Below, in pieces: positions 9,032-18,015 of a DNA stretch of 64,000 nucleotides; position 1 is the first letter of the stretch, and every line of letters begins with the position of its first letter. The notes beneath the pieces are model-generated. The model made no database searches. It was given only the letters and a program-made list of their open reading frames with translations, and was not told where the DNA came from. The position numbers and the translations under genes are program-made. The DNA comes from Myxococcota bacterium (lineage in GTDB: Bacteria > Myxococcota_A > UBA9160 > UBA4427): NCBI GenBank assembly GCA_965223565.1, contig CBDCWV010000016.1, positions 828,518 to 892,517 on the forward strand, read 5' to 3'.

Positions 9032-9067
9032 CGTCGTTGAGGACTCTTCGATCGAGCCTCAACGACG
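9032..9067. terminator. Stem-loop (11-bp perfect stem) between convergent genes; terminator-like, without a U-tract
   Basis: CGTCGTTGAGG (9032-9042) pairs with CCTCAACGACG (9057-9067) across a 14-nt loop. It lies 32 nt past the stop of the minus-strand gene 9099..9413 and downstream of the + gene that ends at 8674. Confidence 0.35.
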
Positions 9068-9098
9068 ACCGGACTCGGCTGCCTGGATCGACTGGTTA

Positions 9099-9413
9099 CT
9101 AGTCGACGGTCGAATAGAAGGCCGTCGACATGCTCTCGACAGCGGGGTCGTCGGAGGACTTCGCCGCGCGCTCCATCAGTGCTTTGTAGGCCGGAGCGGA
9201 TTGGATCTTCTCTGCGGCGGCACCGAACTGCTTCCAGTCTTCGTACTCACTCACGAGCGAGAGAGTACCCGGGTTGTCCCCCGTGACGGGCCGAAGCAAT
9301 CGGACATTCACGCCCTGCTTCTCGAGGATCTCCTTCATCTCGGTCACGCCGTCGCGAACTCGCTGGTACTTTCCGGGCAAGGCTGTCGTCGTCTGAACTG
9401 CGGTGATGCTCAT
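9099..9413 (-). CDS. Small hypothetical protein (104 aa), possibly a ferredoxin-like alpha+beta fold
   Basis: MSITAVQTTTALPGKYQRVRDGVTEMKEILEKQGVNVRLLRPVTGDNPGTLSLVSEYEDWKQFGAAAEKIQSAPAYKALMERAAK... A strong SD (AAAGGAG) lies 8 nt upstream of the ATG (complement of 9411-9413). The composition is non-Arg-rich, unlike the upstream extension of ORF 9099..9650. Confidence 0.65.
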   Translation of the reverse strand: MSITAVQTTTALPGKYQRVRDGVTEMKEILEKQGVNVRLLRPVTGDNPGTLSLVSEYEDWKQFGAAAEKIQSAPAYKALMERAAKSSDDPAVESMSTAFYSTVD

Positions 9414-9894
9414 TGATCGTACTCCTTTGATGCCCCCCAGATCGATTCGGTGCAACACGCGTGCCGACGGAGAATTCGCCAGGGTGCTGCCCGAAGCGAC
9501 CGCCAACCTCGCCGAATCCGGTCGATATTCTCGTCGCGGCGGAGGGCAGTGACCGTTCGCCGCGGTAGGCCTCGAGGGAAAAGTGTGGCGGTTCGCCGCG
9601 CACTGTGGTCCAGGTGCAGTTCGAACCATCGCTCTGCGGCGATGTGACACACTATATGGTGTCGTCGCCCCGGAGGCCTACGCTCGCTGCCAGCCGATAG
9701 GCGGGGAAATAGACCGAATCGAGACCGACCGAGCCCGGCCCGACCGAACGGGCCGGGCCCGATCCGTGATCTACGCTCTCGCCGTCGCCTCGTCGAAGGC
9801 CTCACCCAGCCGTCGTCGATCTGCCCGCCGAGACTACGACACTGCCCGAATGGAGATCGCGCGAGCTGGCTCGCGGACCGACAGGGAGAACACG

Positions 9895-10356
9895 ATGAAG
9901 CTCAAGATCAACGGCACGACGCACGAGATCGACGCACCCGCCGATACGCCCCTGCTGTGGGTACTGCGTGACCGCTTACGGCTCACAGGAACCAAATTCG
10001 GCTGCGGTATCGCACAGTGCGGCGCGTGCACGGTCCACGTCGACGGTCGGGCGCGACGGGCCTGCGTGACACCCATCGCCGCTGTCGAGGGGGCGGACGT
10101 CCGCACGATCGAGGGCGTCTCCGGCGAGACGGCTGCGGCCGTTCAGGAGGCGTGGGTCGCGCTGGACGTTCCGCAGTGCGGCTACTGCCAATCGGGCCAG
10201 ATCATGTCGGCGATCGCGCTGCTCGACGCAAACGGCGAGCCGAGCGACGTCGACATCGCGAATGCGATGTCCGGCAATCTCTGTCGATGCAACTGCTATG
10301 TGCGGATTCGGCAGGCCGTCCACGACGCGGCCGAGGCGAAGCGGGGTCGGGCATGA
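9895..10356 (+). CDS. (2Fe-2S)-binding small subunit of a molybdopterin oxidoreductase (isoquinoline oxidoreductase / aldehyde dehydrogenase alpha-type)
   Basis: [26 protein letters not shown]...[12 protein letters not shown]...CGYCQSG...CRCNCY gives both 2Fe-2S Cys clusters. The ATG is at 9895 with GGGAGA upstream. The stop overlaps the next start (ATGA at 10353-10356). Confidence 0.9.
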   Translation: MKLKINGTTHEIDAPADTPLLWVLRDRLRLTGTKFGCGIAQCGACTVHVDGRARRACVTPIAAVEGADVRTIEGVSGETAAAVQEAWVALDVPQCGYCQSGQIMSAIALLDANGEPSDVDIANAMSGNLCRCNCYVRIRQAVHDAAEAKRGRA

Positions 10357-12638
10357 GCGCAGGACGAGACGTGGAGGACATCGAGATTCGACAGCTGGAC
10401 GAGGGCTGGACACGGCGCGACTTCCTCGGTCGGAGCCTGATGGGGAGCGGCGCGCTCGTGCTCGGCGTCGGGCTCTCGGCCTGTGCATCCGGCGACGAAC
10501 GGGCTCCGCAGTTGACGCGCCTACGCGAAGCGGGGTCGACCCCGCCCGGGGCGGGGCCCGAGTTCGCACCGGACGCCTTCATCCGAATCGGTCGCGACGA
10601 CACGATCACGATCCTTTCGAAGCACCTCGAGATGGGGCAGGGACCGTATACGGGGCTCGCGACGTTGATCGCCGAGGAGCTCGACGCCGACTGGTCGAAG
10701 GTCCGCGCGATTGCGGCCCCTGCGGACGACGCCCTCTACGCAAACACCTTCCGCGGCGTCCAGGGGACGGGCGGATCGACGGCGATCGCGAACTCCTACG
10801 ACCAGATGCGTATGGCGGGGGCGGCAGCCCGCCATATGCTCGTCGAAGCCGCCGCGGAGACGTGGGGCGTGCCGGCCGAGCAGATCACGGCTTCGAAGGG
10901 CGTGCTGAGCCATCGTGCGAGCGGACGACGAGGTCTCTTCGGCGAGTTCGTCGAGGCCGCCGCTACGCGTCCCGTGCCGAAGTCGCCGCGCCTCAAGTCG
11001 CCGGAGGAGTTCGTTCTGATCGGCCACGAGGCACCTCGGCTCGATTCGGCAGCGAAGAGCGACGGGTCGGCCCAATTCGCGATCGACGTCTACCGCGACG
11101 ACATGCTCGTCGTGATGATCGAGCGGCCGACGGTCTTCGGCGCCCGTGTGAAGCGGGTCCGGTCCGACGCGGCACTCGCCGTGCCGGGCGTAGTCGCCGT
11201 GCGAACGCTCTCCCAAGGCGTGGCGGTCTACGCCGAGGAGACCTGGGCGGCGATTCAGGGTCGGCGGGCGCTCGAAGTCGAGTGGGACGAATCGGCGGGT
11301 GAGACGCGATCGAGCGAGGAGCTCTTCGCGACGTTCCGGAAGGCGGCGGGCGAGGCCGACGTCGTGGCGGCGGAGCGCGGCTCGGCGGCGACCGCGGTCG
11401 CAGAGGCCGCGGCGCGCACCGACGTGCACGTGGTCGAGGCCGAATACGCCTTTCCGTTCCTCGCCCATGCGATGATGGAGCCGCTCGACGGGTTGATCGA
11501 GGTCGATCCGGAGGGCGACGGTCGGGCCGTGCTCGTGACGATCGGGAGTCAGGGCCCGGGTCGCGACCGCCCAGCGATCGCGAAGCGACTGGGTCTACCG
11601 ATCGAGCAGGTACGCTTCGACATCACCTACGCGGGCGGGAGCTTCGGACGCCGGTCGCAATTCGACGCACAGTTCCCGATCGAGCTCGCCGACGTCTTCA
11701 CGCACCAGCCCGGCGCCCCCGCCGACCGCCGACCGACGAAGCTCCTCTGGACGCGCGAAGACGACATCCGAGGTGGCTACTACCGCCCGATGGTCGTCCA
11801 TCGCCTTCGCGGCGCGATCAGCCAGTCGGGTGAGCTCGTCGGCTGGGACCAATCGATCGCAGCCCAGAGCTTCTTCCCCGAGGCGATCCGCGCGCGGCTC
11901 GCGAAGAACGGCGTCGACCCGACGGTCGTCGAAGGTGCGTCGAATCTCGCCTACGCGACGGCAAACCTGAGCGTACGACAGCGCCTCGTCGAAACCGGAG
12001 TCCCCGTGCTCTGGTGGCGTTCGGTCGGCCACACGCATACGGGCTTTGCCGTCGAGGCGTTCATCGACGAGCTGCTCGAGCGCGCCGGTCGTGATCCCGT
12101 CGAGGGGCGCCTCGCGCTCTTGGCCGATCACCCGCGCCATCGAGGCGTCCTCGAACGCGCCGCCGAGATCGCCGGCTGGGGGCGCGCGCCGGATTCCGGT
12201 CGCGCGTTCGGCGTCGCGGTTCACGAGTCCTTCAGCAGCTTCGTGGCCCAGATCGTCGAGATCTCGCTCGAGCGATCGCCCGTCCGTCGGCCACGGGTCC
12301 ATCGCGTCTGGTGCGCCGTCGATTGCGGCGTACCGGTCAACCCGAACGTGATTCGTGCTCAGATGGAGGGGGGCATCGGCTTCGGCCTCGGCGCCGCGCT
12401 CTACAGCGAGATCCGGCTCGGCGCCGGCGGTCGCGTCATCGAGGGCAACTTCGACGCCTATCGCTCGCTGCGCCTGGACGACATGCCCGAGGTCGAGGTC
12501 GCGATCCTGCCATCGACTGAAAAGCCCACCGGCGTCGGAGAGCCCGGCGTGCCGCCGATTGCACCGGCCGTCGCGAACGCCTGGCGTCGCCTGACCGGCG
12601 AGCGTGTGTCGCAGCTACCCTTCGTTCGTTCGACCTGA
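10353..12638 (+). CDS. Molybdopterin-binding large subunit (xanthine dehydrogenase family; IorB-type) with a Tat signal
   Basis: [45 protein letters not shown] carries a twin-arginine motif. The body carries [49 protein letters not shown] and [21 protein letters not shown]. It is translationally coupled to the 2Fe-2S subunit. Confidence 0.9.
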   Translation: MSAGRDVEDIEIRQLDEGWTRRDFLGRSLMGSGALVLGVGLSACASGDERAPQLTRLREAGSTPPGAGPEFAPDAFIRIGRDDTITILSKHLEMGQGPYTGLATLIAEELDADWSKVRAIAAPADDALYANTFRGVQGTGGSTAIANSYDQMRMAGAAARHMLVEAAAETWGVPAEQITASKGVLSHRASGRRGLFGEFVEAAATRPVPKSPRLKSPEEFVLIGHEAPRLDSAAKSDGSAQFAIDVYRDDMLVVMIERPTVFGARVKRVRSDAALAVPGVVAVRTLSQGVAVYAEETWAAIQGRRALEVEWDESAGETRSSEELFATFRKAAGEADVVAAERGSAATAVAEAAARTDVHVVEAEYAFPFLAHAMMEPLDGLIEVDPEGDGRAVLVTIGSQGPGRDRPAIAKRLGLPIEQVRFDITYAGGSFGRRSQFDAQFPIELADVFTHQPGAPADRRPTKLLWTREDDIRGGYYRPMVVHRLRGAISQSGELVGWDQSIAAQSFFPEAIRARLAKNGVDPTVVEGASNLAYATANLSVRQRLVETGVPVLWWRSVGHTHTGFAVEAFIDELLERAGRDPVEGRLALLADHPRHRGVLERAAEIAGWGRAPDSGRAFGVAVHESFSSFVAQIVEISLERSPVRRPRVHRVWCAVDCGVPVNPNVIRAQMEGGIGFGLGAALYSEIRLGAGGRVIEGNFDAYRSLRLDDMPEVEVAILPSTEKPTGVGEPGVPPIAPAVANAWRRLTGERVSQLPFVRST

Positions 12639-13082
12639 TCGGGTGGCTCCCGATACCGGGCGATCGAGACCGCAGAGCGGCAGCGCGTTCGGAACCAGGA
12701 GCATCGCGGCGTCGGGCGCAGGCAAGCGGGTGAGGCTGAACGTAGATCGCGAGGAGAAGATCCTCAATCGCGCAACCTGGACGCGAGCCGCTTCACGCAG
12801 GAACCGTTGGTAGGTCCGGGCCATCCCACTCGACTGGCTCGCCTGCATCGTGCGCGCCCCAGCGCAGCCGAGCCGCTCGGCGAGCCGATGGGGCGCGTTC
12901 GCGTATTGCCGAGTTCCGATCTTGGAGAGCGCGACGAGATCGAGTGGCGGCGCGGCACCGCCGCCGCAATCGGCGATCGCGCGCTCGGCGGCGATCGAAA
13001 TCAAATCGATCGGTTCCTCGGCGCCGTTCTTGCCGTTCACCTGACCAACACCGACGATGACAGGGGTTCGCGGATCCATCAT
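12615..13082 (-). pseudogene. Truncated thiolase-like (acetyl-CoA acetyltransferase-type) gene remnant; only about the first 110 codons look homologous
   Basis: MMDPRTPVIVGVGQVNGKNGAEEPIDLISIAAERAIADCGG...LVALSKIGTRQYANAPHRLAERLGC resembles the N-terminus of ~400-500-aa thiolase-like proteins. The sequence then degenerates (RIFSSRSTFSLTRLPAPD...) and stops at 155 aa, overlapping the 3' end of the Mo-subunit gene. An intact SD (AAAGGAGAG) lies upstream of the ATG at 13082. Confidence 0.5.
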
Positions 13083-13232
13083 GCCTTCTCTCCTTTCCAC
13101 TTCGAAGGTCGGCTCTCCCGCTATGTCTGCGAGACGAACACAGAGAATGGAAACGGATGAATCGGAGCCATGTTGCGGCGTCGATCAGATCGCGACTAGC
13201 TTCCGCAATCTGCCATTCAGCAAGGGCCTACC

Positions 13233-13796
13233 ATGTCGAACGATACCGACCCGCACGACGTTCTCTATCCGGACGAAGCCTATTTCGACGACGGGACGCC
13301 TCGTCGCCAACGAATCTTCGATGCCGAGCTCCTGGAAGAGCCCGTCACGCTCCTACCGAGCCGGCCGCCCTTCGCGCTCCCGCGCGAGGCCTCCACCAAG
13401 CAAGCGATGCGGACGATGCAGCGAGACCATCGCGGTTGCGTCTTGATCACGGAGGACGGCACACTCCGCTCGCGGATCACCGGGATCTTCACCGAGCGCG
13501 ACGTCGTAATCAAGGTCATCGACTCCGGACGAAATCCGACCGAGGTGCCGCTCGCCGACGTGATGACGCCGGACCCCGAATCGCTGACGGTCGACGCCAA
13601 GCTCGCCTGGGCGCTCAACATGATGTCGGTGGGCGGATTTCGGCACCTTCCCGTCGTCGACGAGCGCGGCTGGCCGGCCTTCATCCTCTCCGTCCGGCTG
13701 ATCGTCGACTTCCTCGTTCAGTCCTTCCCGGCCGAGATCCTCAACCTCCCGCCCGATTTCCAGCTCGAGAAGAGCATGTCGCGAGACGGCGCGTGA
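13233..13796 (+). CDS. CBS-domain pair protein
   Basis: ORF 13233..13796 shows two CBS-like units: ...ASTKQAMRTMQRDHRGCVLITEDG...GIFTERDVVIKV and ...VMTPDPESLTVDAKLAWALNMMSVGGFRHLPVVDERG. Confidence 0.85.
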   Translation: MSNDTDPHDVLYPDEAYFDDGTPRRQRIFDAELLEEPVTLLPSRPPFALPREASTKQAMRTMQRDHRGCVLITEDGTLRSRITGIFTERDVVIKVIDSGRNPTEVPLADVMTPDPESLTVDAKLAWALNMMSVGGFRHLPVVDERGWPAFILSVRLIVDFLVQSFPAEILNLPPDFQLEKSMSRDGA

Positions 13797-14182
13797 GCTC
13801 GTACCCAACCTGTTAGTCCGGGGACGAGGACGCGTCCGCGCTCGCGGCGCGATCTTGCGTGGCTCCGCGCGAGACTCGAAGAACAGAGAGCGTCGCAGCG
13901 ATCGACGAGCCGGCGACCGACAGTGGTCGTCTCCTCGAACTCGAATCGGCCGGTTGATCCGACTGGCGTTATGAAATGCGGAGTGGGCTCCGCGATTCGG
14001 GCGAAGGTGCGGTCTTGAGCATCCTGCCCCAAGGAGAGACCGTTCTCCTGCAACAGACGGTTGCGTGTGGCGACTCTCAATCGTCAGATCCCCGTCTCAT
14101 TCGATCTCTCGAGTTTATGGTTGCAATCCATCTCCTCGATAGGCCAAGGTAACGGGCCAATCTGATTCCGGTGGAGTACCTC

Positions 14183-15337
14183 ATGATCGTCGGTGTGCCG
14201 AACGAGACCTATCCCGGGGAACAACGGGTCGCGATGGTCCCTTCCGTGATCTCGATGCTCGAGAAGCTCGGCGCCGAGGTCGTGATGGAGCAGGCGGCGG
14301 GTGAGAGCGCGGGCTTCAGCGACGACGAGTACTCCTCGCGCGGTGCCCGGACGGGTCTTCGTCGCGAAGAGGTCTTCGAAGCCGCCGACGTGATCATTCA
14401 GGTCCGAGGGCTGGGTGCCAATTCGGATGCAGGCCGATCCGATCTGCCCATGCTGCACAGCGAACACGTGCTGGTGGCGCCACTCGATCCGCTGGGCAAT
14501 CCGGCCGCGGCGACGGAGCTCGCGCGCACGGGCGTCACGAGCTTTGCGCTCGAGCTGTTGCCACGAATCAGCCGAGCGCAATCGATGGACGTCCTGAGCT
14601 CGATGGCGACCGTGGCGGGCTATCACGCGACCCTGCTCGCCGCGACCGAGACGCACATGATGTGGCCGCTGATGATGACGGCAGCCGGCACGATCAAGCC
14701 GGCCAACGTGCTGGTCGTCGGCGCAGGCGTCGCGGGCCTCCAGGCGATCGCCACGGCGCACCGGCTCGGCGCCGTCGTCCAGGCATACGACGTGCGGCCC
14801 GCTGCGAAGGAGCAGGTCGAGAGCCTCGGCGCCAAGTTCGTAGAGCTCCAGCTCGAGACCGAAGAGGCCGAGGGCAGCGGCGGGTACGCGCAAGCGATGG
14901 GCGAGGATTTCTACCGAAAACAACGCGAGCTGATGGCCCGCGTCGTCGAGGGCTGTGATGCCGTGATCACGACGGCCGCCGTTCCGGGCAAGAAGGCGCC
15001 CATTCTCGTGACCGAAGAGATGGTCCGAAGCATGAGACCGGGTTCGGTCGTCGTGGACCTCGCGGCCGAGACGGGCGGGAACTGCGAGGTGACGGAGCTC
15101 GGCCAGCGCAAGCTCATGGGCGGCGTGACGATCATCGGCCCGGCGAATCTCGCATCGGAGCTGCCGCACGACGCCAGTCAGATGTTCGCGCGCAACGTCG
15201 AAGCCTTCCTGAAGAACGTCGTGGAGGATGGTGCACTCCAGCTCGACAAGGACGATCCGATCGTCCAGGAGTGCATGCTCACGCGAAACGGCGCCGTCGT
15301 GAACGAGCGCGTCAACGAGCTACTCAGCGATTCATAG
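14183..15337 (+). CDS. pntAA: NAD(P) transhydrogenase subunit alpha part 1
   Basis: MIVGVPNETYPGEQRVAMVPS..., VLVVGAGVAGLQAIATAHRLGAVV (Rossmann fold) and ITTAAVPGKKAPILVT. The ATG is at 14183 with GGTGGAG upstream. Gene order is pntAA-pntAB-pntB. Confidence 0.9.
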   Translation: MIVGVPNETYPGEQRVAMVPSVISMLEKLGAEVVMEQAAGESAGFSDDEYSSRGARTGLRREEVFEAADVIIQVRGLGANSDAGRSDLPMLHSEHVLVAPLDPLGNPAAATELARTGVTSFALELLPRISRAQSMDVLSSMATVAGYHATLLAATETHMMWPLMMTAAGTIKPANVLVVGAGVAGLQAIATAHRLGAVVQAYDVRPAAKEQVESLGAKFVELQLETEEAEGSGGYAQAMGEDFYRKQRELMARVVEGCDAVITTAAVPGKKAPILVTEEMVRSMRPGSVVVDLAAETGGNCEVTELGQRKLMGGVTIIGPANLASELPHDASQMFARNVEAFLKNVVEDGALQLDKDDPIVQECMLTRNGAVVNERVNELLSDS

Positions 15338-15412
15338 CGCTCGACCGGCGAGACCTTCCGGGCCCTGCGATCTTCGGCCCGATCGACTCGACCACCATTG
15401 GAGGAAAACCGA

Positions 15413-15694
15413 ATGGAGACCTTCGTCCCCGCCCTGACGATCTTCGTCCTCGCGCTCTTCGTGGGGCACGAGATCATCAACAAGGTTCCCCCTCTGCTGC
15501 ATACGCCGCTGATGTCGGGATCGAATGCGATCTCCGGGATCACGCTGGTCGGCACCCTCGTCACGTCGGGCGTCCAGCTGACGACGTTCACCACGATCCT
15601 GGGCTTCCTGGCCGTCGCGATGGCCACGGCGAATGCCGTCGGGGGCTTCATGGTGACCCACCGAATGCTCGCGATGTTCGCGAAGAGGGACTGA
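15413..15694 (+). CDS. pntAB: NAD(P) transhydrogenase subunit alpha part 2 (membrane)
   Basis: METFVPALTIFVLALFVGHEIINKVPPLLHTPLMSGSNAISGITLVG... The SD GGAGGA lies upstream of the ATG at 15413. The track's earlier start at 15398 is a TTG. Confidence 0.85.
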   Translation: METFVPALTIFVLALFVGHEIINKVPPLLHTPLMSGSNAISGITLVGTLVTSGVQLTTFTTILGFLAVAMATANAVGGFMVTHRMLAMFAKRD

Positions 15695-15695
15695 A

Positions 15696-17099
15696 GTGTC
15701 CGAGCACGCGATCAATCTCTTCTATCTCGTCTCTTCGGTCCTCTTCATTCTCGGATTGAAGGGGCTGAGCTCTCCCAAGACGGCCGTCCGAGGCAACTTC
15801 CTCGGCTCGATCGGCATGCTGATCGCGATCGTGGTCACCCTGCTCGACCATCGGATCGTGAGTTACGGCGTGATCATCGCCGGCATGTTGAGCGGCGGTC
15901 TCATCGGCGCGTTGATGGCCCAGCGGGCACCGATGACCGCGATGCCGCAGGTCGTCGCCGTCTTCAATGGCTTCGGTGGCGGTGCCTCGGCGCTCGGCGT
16001 CGGCGCCGCGCTCGAGGAGGCACTCAAGGGCGGCTTCGTCGAAGAGATCTCGCTCACATTCACGACGGCGACGGCGCTCTCTGGCTTGATCGGCGGGGTT
16101 TCGCTCACGGGGAGCGCGATCGCCTTCGGCAAGCTCCAGGGAATCGTGACCGAACGCCCCGTCCTGCTGCCGGCGCGTCACATCATGAACGCCGGCCTGC
16201 TGGCCGCGACGATCGTGCTCGGCCTCTGGCTGATCATCAATCCGACGAGCTCCGCCCCCTTCTGGCTCCTGATGGGGCTCGCCGCCCTGCTCGGCCTCTC
16301 TCTCACGCTCGCAATCGGCGGCGCCGACATGCCCGTCGTGATCGCGCTCCTCAACTCCTACTCGGGGATTGCCGCAGCGGGTCATGGCTGGGTGCTGGAC
16401 AACAGCGTATTGATCATCGTCGGCTCGCTCGTCGGTGCGTCGGGCTTCATCCTGACGGCGTTGATGTCGAACGCGATGAACCGCTCGCTCCCGAACATCA
16501 TCTTCGGGGGTCTGGGTGCCGTCGAAGCGAGTGCAGAGGACGACGCCGAAGACATCTACGCGGGGCGCGTCAAGGCAGCCTCGCCGGAAGAGATCGCGAT
16601 GTTGCTCGAAGGCGCCCGGCGTGTCGTCTTCGTGCCGGGCTACGGCATGGCCGTGGCGCACGCCCAGTATGCAATCCAGGAGCTGGCCTCGGTCCTCGAG
16701 AGTCGAGGCGCGGAGGTCGAATACGCCATCCATCCCGTCGCGGGTCGAATGCCCGGGCACATGAACGTGCTGCTGGCCGAGGCGAACGTGCCGTACGATC
16801 AGCTGAAGGAAATGGACGAGATCAACTCGTCCTTCAAGCAGACCGACGTGGTCTTCGTCGTCGGGGCGAACGACGTGGTGAATCCGATGGCCCGCGATGC
16901 GGACCCATCGATTCCGATCGCCGGCATGCCGATCCTGGACGTCGACCAGGCACGAACCGTCGTCGTCATCAAACGGAGCCTGAGCCACGGCTTCGCGGAC
17001 ATTGCGAACCCGCTCTTCGCGGCGGACAATACGTTGATGCTCTTCGCCGACGCGAAGCAGGCGGCGACGGACCTGACGCGCGCGGTCAACGAGGTCTGA
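15696..17099 (+). CDS. pntB: NAD(P) transhydrogenase subunit beta
   Basis: ORF 15696..17099 has a multi-TM N-terminal half and the C-terminal NADP(H) domain (VVFVPGYGMAVAHAQ...HPVAGRMPGHMNVLLAEANVPYD...VVGANDVVNP). Confidence 0.92.
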   Translation: MSEHAINLFYLVSSVLFILGLKGLSSPKTAVRGNFLGSIGMLIAIVVTLLDHRIVSYGVIIAGMLSGGLIGALMAQRAPMTAMPQVVAVFNGFGGGASALGVGAALEEALKGGFVEEISLTFTTATALSGLIGGVSLTGSAIAFGKLQGIVTERPVLLPARHIMNAGLLAATIVLGLWLIINPTSSAPFWLLMGLAALLGLSLTLAIGGADMPVVIALLNSYSGIAAAGHGWVLDNSVLIIVGSLVGASGFILTALMSNAMNRSLPNIIFGGLGAVEASAEDDAEDIYAGRVKAASPEEIAMLLEGARRVVFVPGYGMAVAHAQYAIQELASVLESRGAEVEYAIHPVAGRMPGHMNVLLAEANVPYDQLKEMDEINSSFKQTDVVFVVGANDVVNPMARDADPSIPIAGMPILDVDQARTVVVIKRSLSHGFADIANPLFAADNTLMLFADAKQAATDLTRAVNEV

Positions 17100-17282
17100 A
17101 GCCCCGAGGTCGGATGATATCAACGCCTCGATCGCAAGATCGGCAAGCAGCCGGCCGAGCGCTCGCATTCCCCCATCGACGCCCTACACGCTGGCGAATT
17201 CGACCTGCGTGCGGGCCAGAAGAAGCTCCAGGCGGTCCTGTCCAAAGCGGAACTCGGCGACCTCGAGCGCCTCGAGACCGAC

Positions 17283-17960
17283 TTACCGCTCCAGACTCGC
17301 GTGCTCGAGGCCATCGCGATTCAGTGTCCTGACGGACCTGCTCCATTCCGCGAGATGACCGCGTTGCTCGAGCTGGCACAGGGCGAGCCGAAACCACGGC
17401 GTGAAACGCTCGGGCTCCGAGGCGCACGCGCGCAGCAGCTCGACGGGACTTCGGCGATCGATCGCACTCACCTCGTCTCGCGCGGGTCGCGGCTCGCCCT
17501 CGGCGCGGCCGACGAACACATGGTCGTACTCGCGCTCCACGAGACCCGAGGCGGGGTCACGCGCGGTGTAGACCATGCCGAAGAGTCGGGTCAGATCGGC
17601 GCTCATCCCAAGCTCCTCTCGTAGCCGCCTGCGAGCCGCGTCCGCGACCGGCTCTCCCGGTCGCGGATGACTGCAGCAGGCGTTCGTCCAGAGACCCGCG
17701 AAGTGGTACTTCCCCGGCGCCCGTCGTTGGATCAGCATTCGACCCGATCGATCGAAGAGGAAGACCGAGAAGGCTCGATGCAGGAATCCGGCACCCTGAT
17801 GGGCCGCGAGCTTGTCGATGATGCCGACCGGCTCGTCCAGCTCGTTCACGAGCACGACCCGCTCCGAGTCCGCATGACTCTCTCCAAGACCACCCGGCAT
17901 GGCCTCGGTCGCGAAGGCCATGTCGTTCGGCGTCAGGGTTGGACGAAGTGCGATCCTCAT
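17283..17960 (-). CDS. idi: Isopentenyl-diphosphate delta-isomerase, type 1 (Nudix fold)
   Basis: ...LVNELDEPVGIIDKLAAHQGAGFLHRAFSVFLFDRSGRMLIQRRAPGKYHFAGLWTNACCSHPRPGE...REYDHVF carries the TNxCCSHP and E-rich motifs of IDI-1. The start is either ATG 17960 (MRIAL...) or ATG 17921 (MAFATE...). The rest of ORF 17283..18305 is an Arg-rich extension. Confidence 0.85.
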   Translation of the reverse strand: MRIALRPTLTPNDMAFATEAMPGGLGESHADSERVVLVNELDEPVGIIDKLAAHQGAGFLHRAFSVFLFDRSGRMLIQRRAPGKYHFAGLWTNACCSHPRPGEPVADAARRRLREELGMSADLTRLFGMVYTARDPASGLVEREYDHVFVGRAEGEPRPARDEVSAIDRRSPVELLRACASEPERFTPWFRLALCQLEQRGHLAEWSRSVRTLNRDGLEHASLER

Positions 17961-18015
17961 GGGGTCGAGCCTAGCCCGTAATCCGTGGATGCCATCCGAG
18001 CGAGCGCTTCGTTCC

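Noticed and set aside
8787-9416. ORF segment with a signal-peptide-like start (MPFESARGTLLRGALCLLCPLLAQSNAYA…)
   Set aside because: It has no stop until 9416, so it would completely overlap, in antisense, the SD-supported gene 9099..9413. Third-position G/C bias is visibly weaker than in neighbouring genes. No family motif was found. A short real peptide cannot be excluded without Ribo-seq.
9646-9663. Imperfect palindrome GACACACTATATGGTGTC that shares GACAC..CTAT / GTGTC words with the 22945 operator
   Set aside because: Only 7 of 9 pairs match, the half-site orientation is everted relative to 22945-22968, and the shared words are short. It could be chance. It is worth including only in a genome-wide motif scan.
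14084-17168. Minus-strand ORFs 14084..15169 (361 aa) and 15648..17168 (506 aa)
   Set aside because: They are antisense shadows of pntAA and pntB, with Arg/His/Asp-rich low-complexity composition. The + strand products have unmistakable transhydrogenase motifs.
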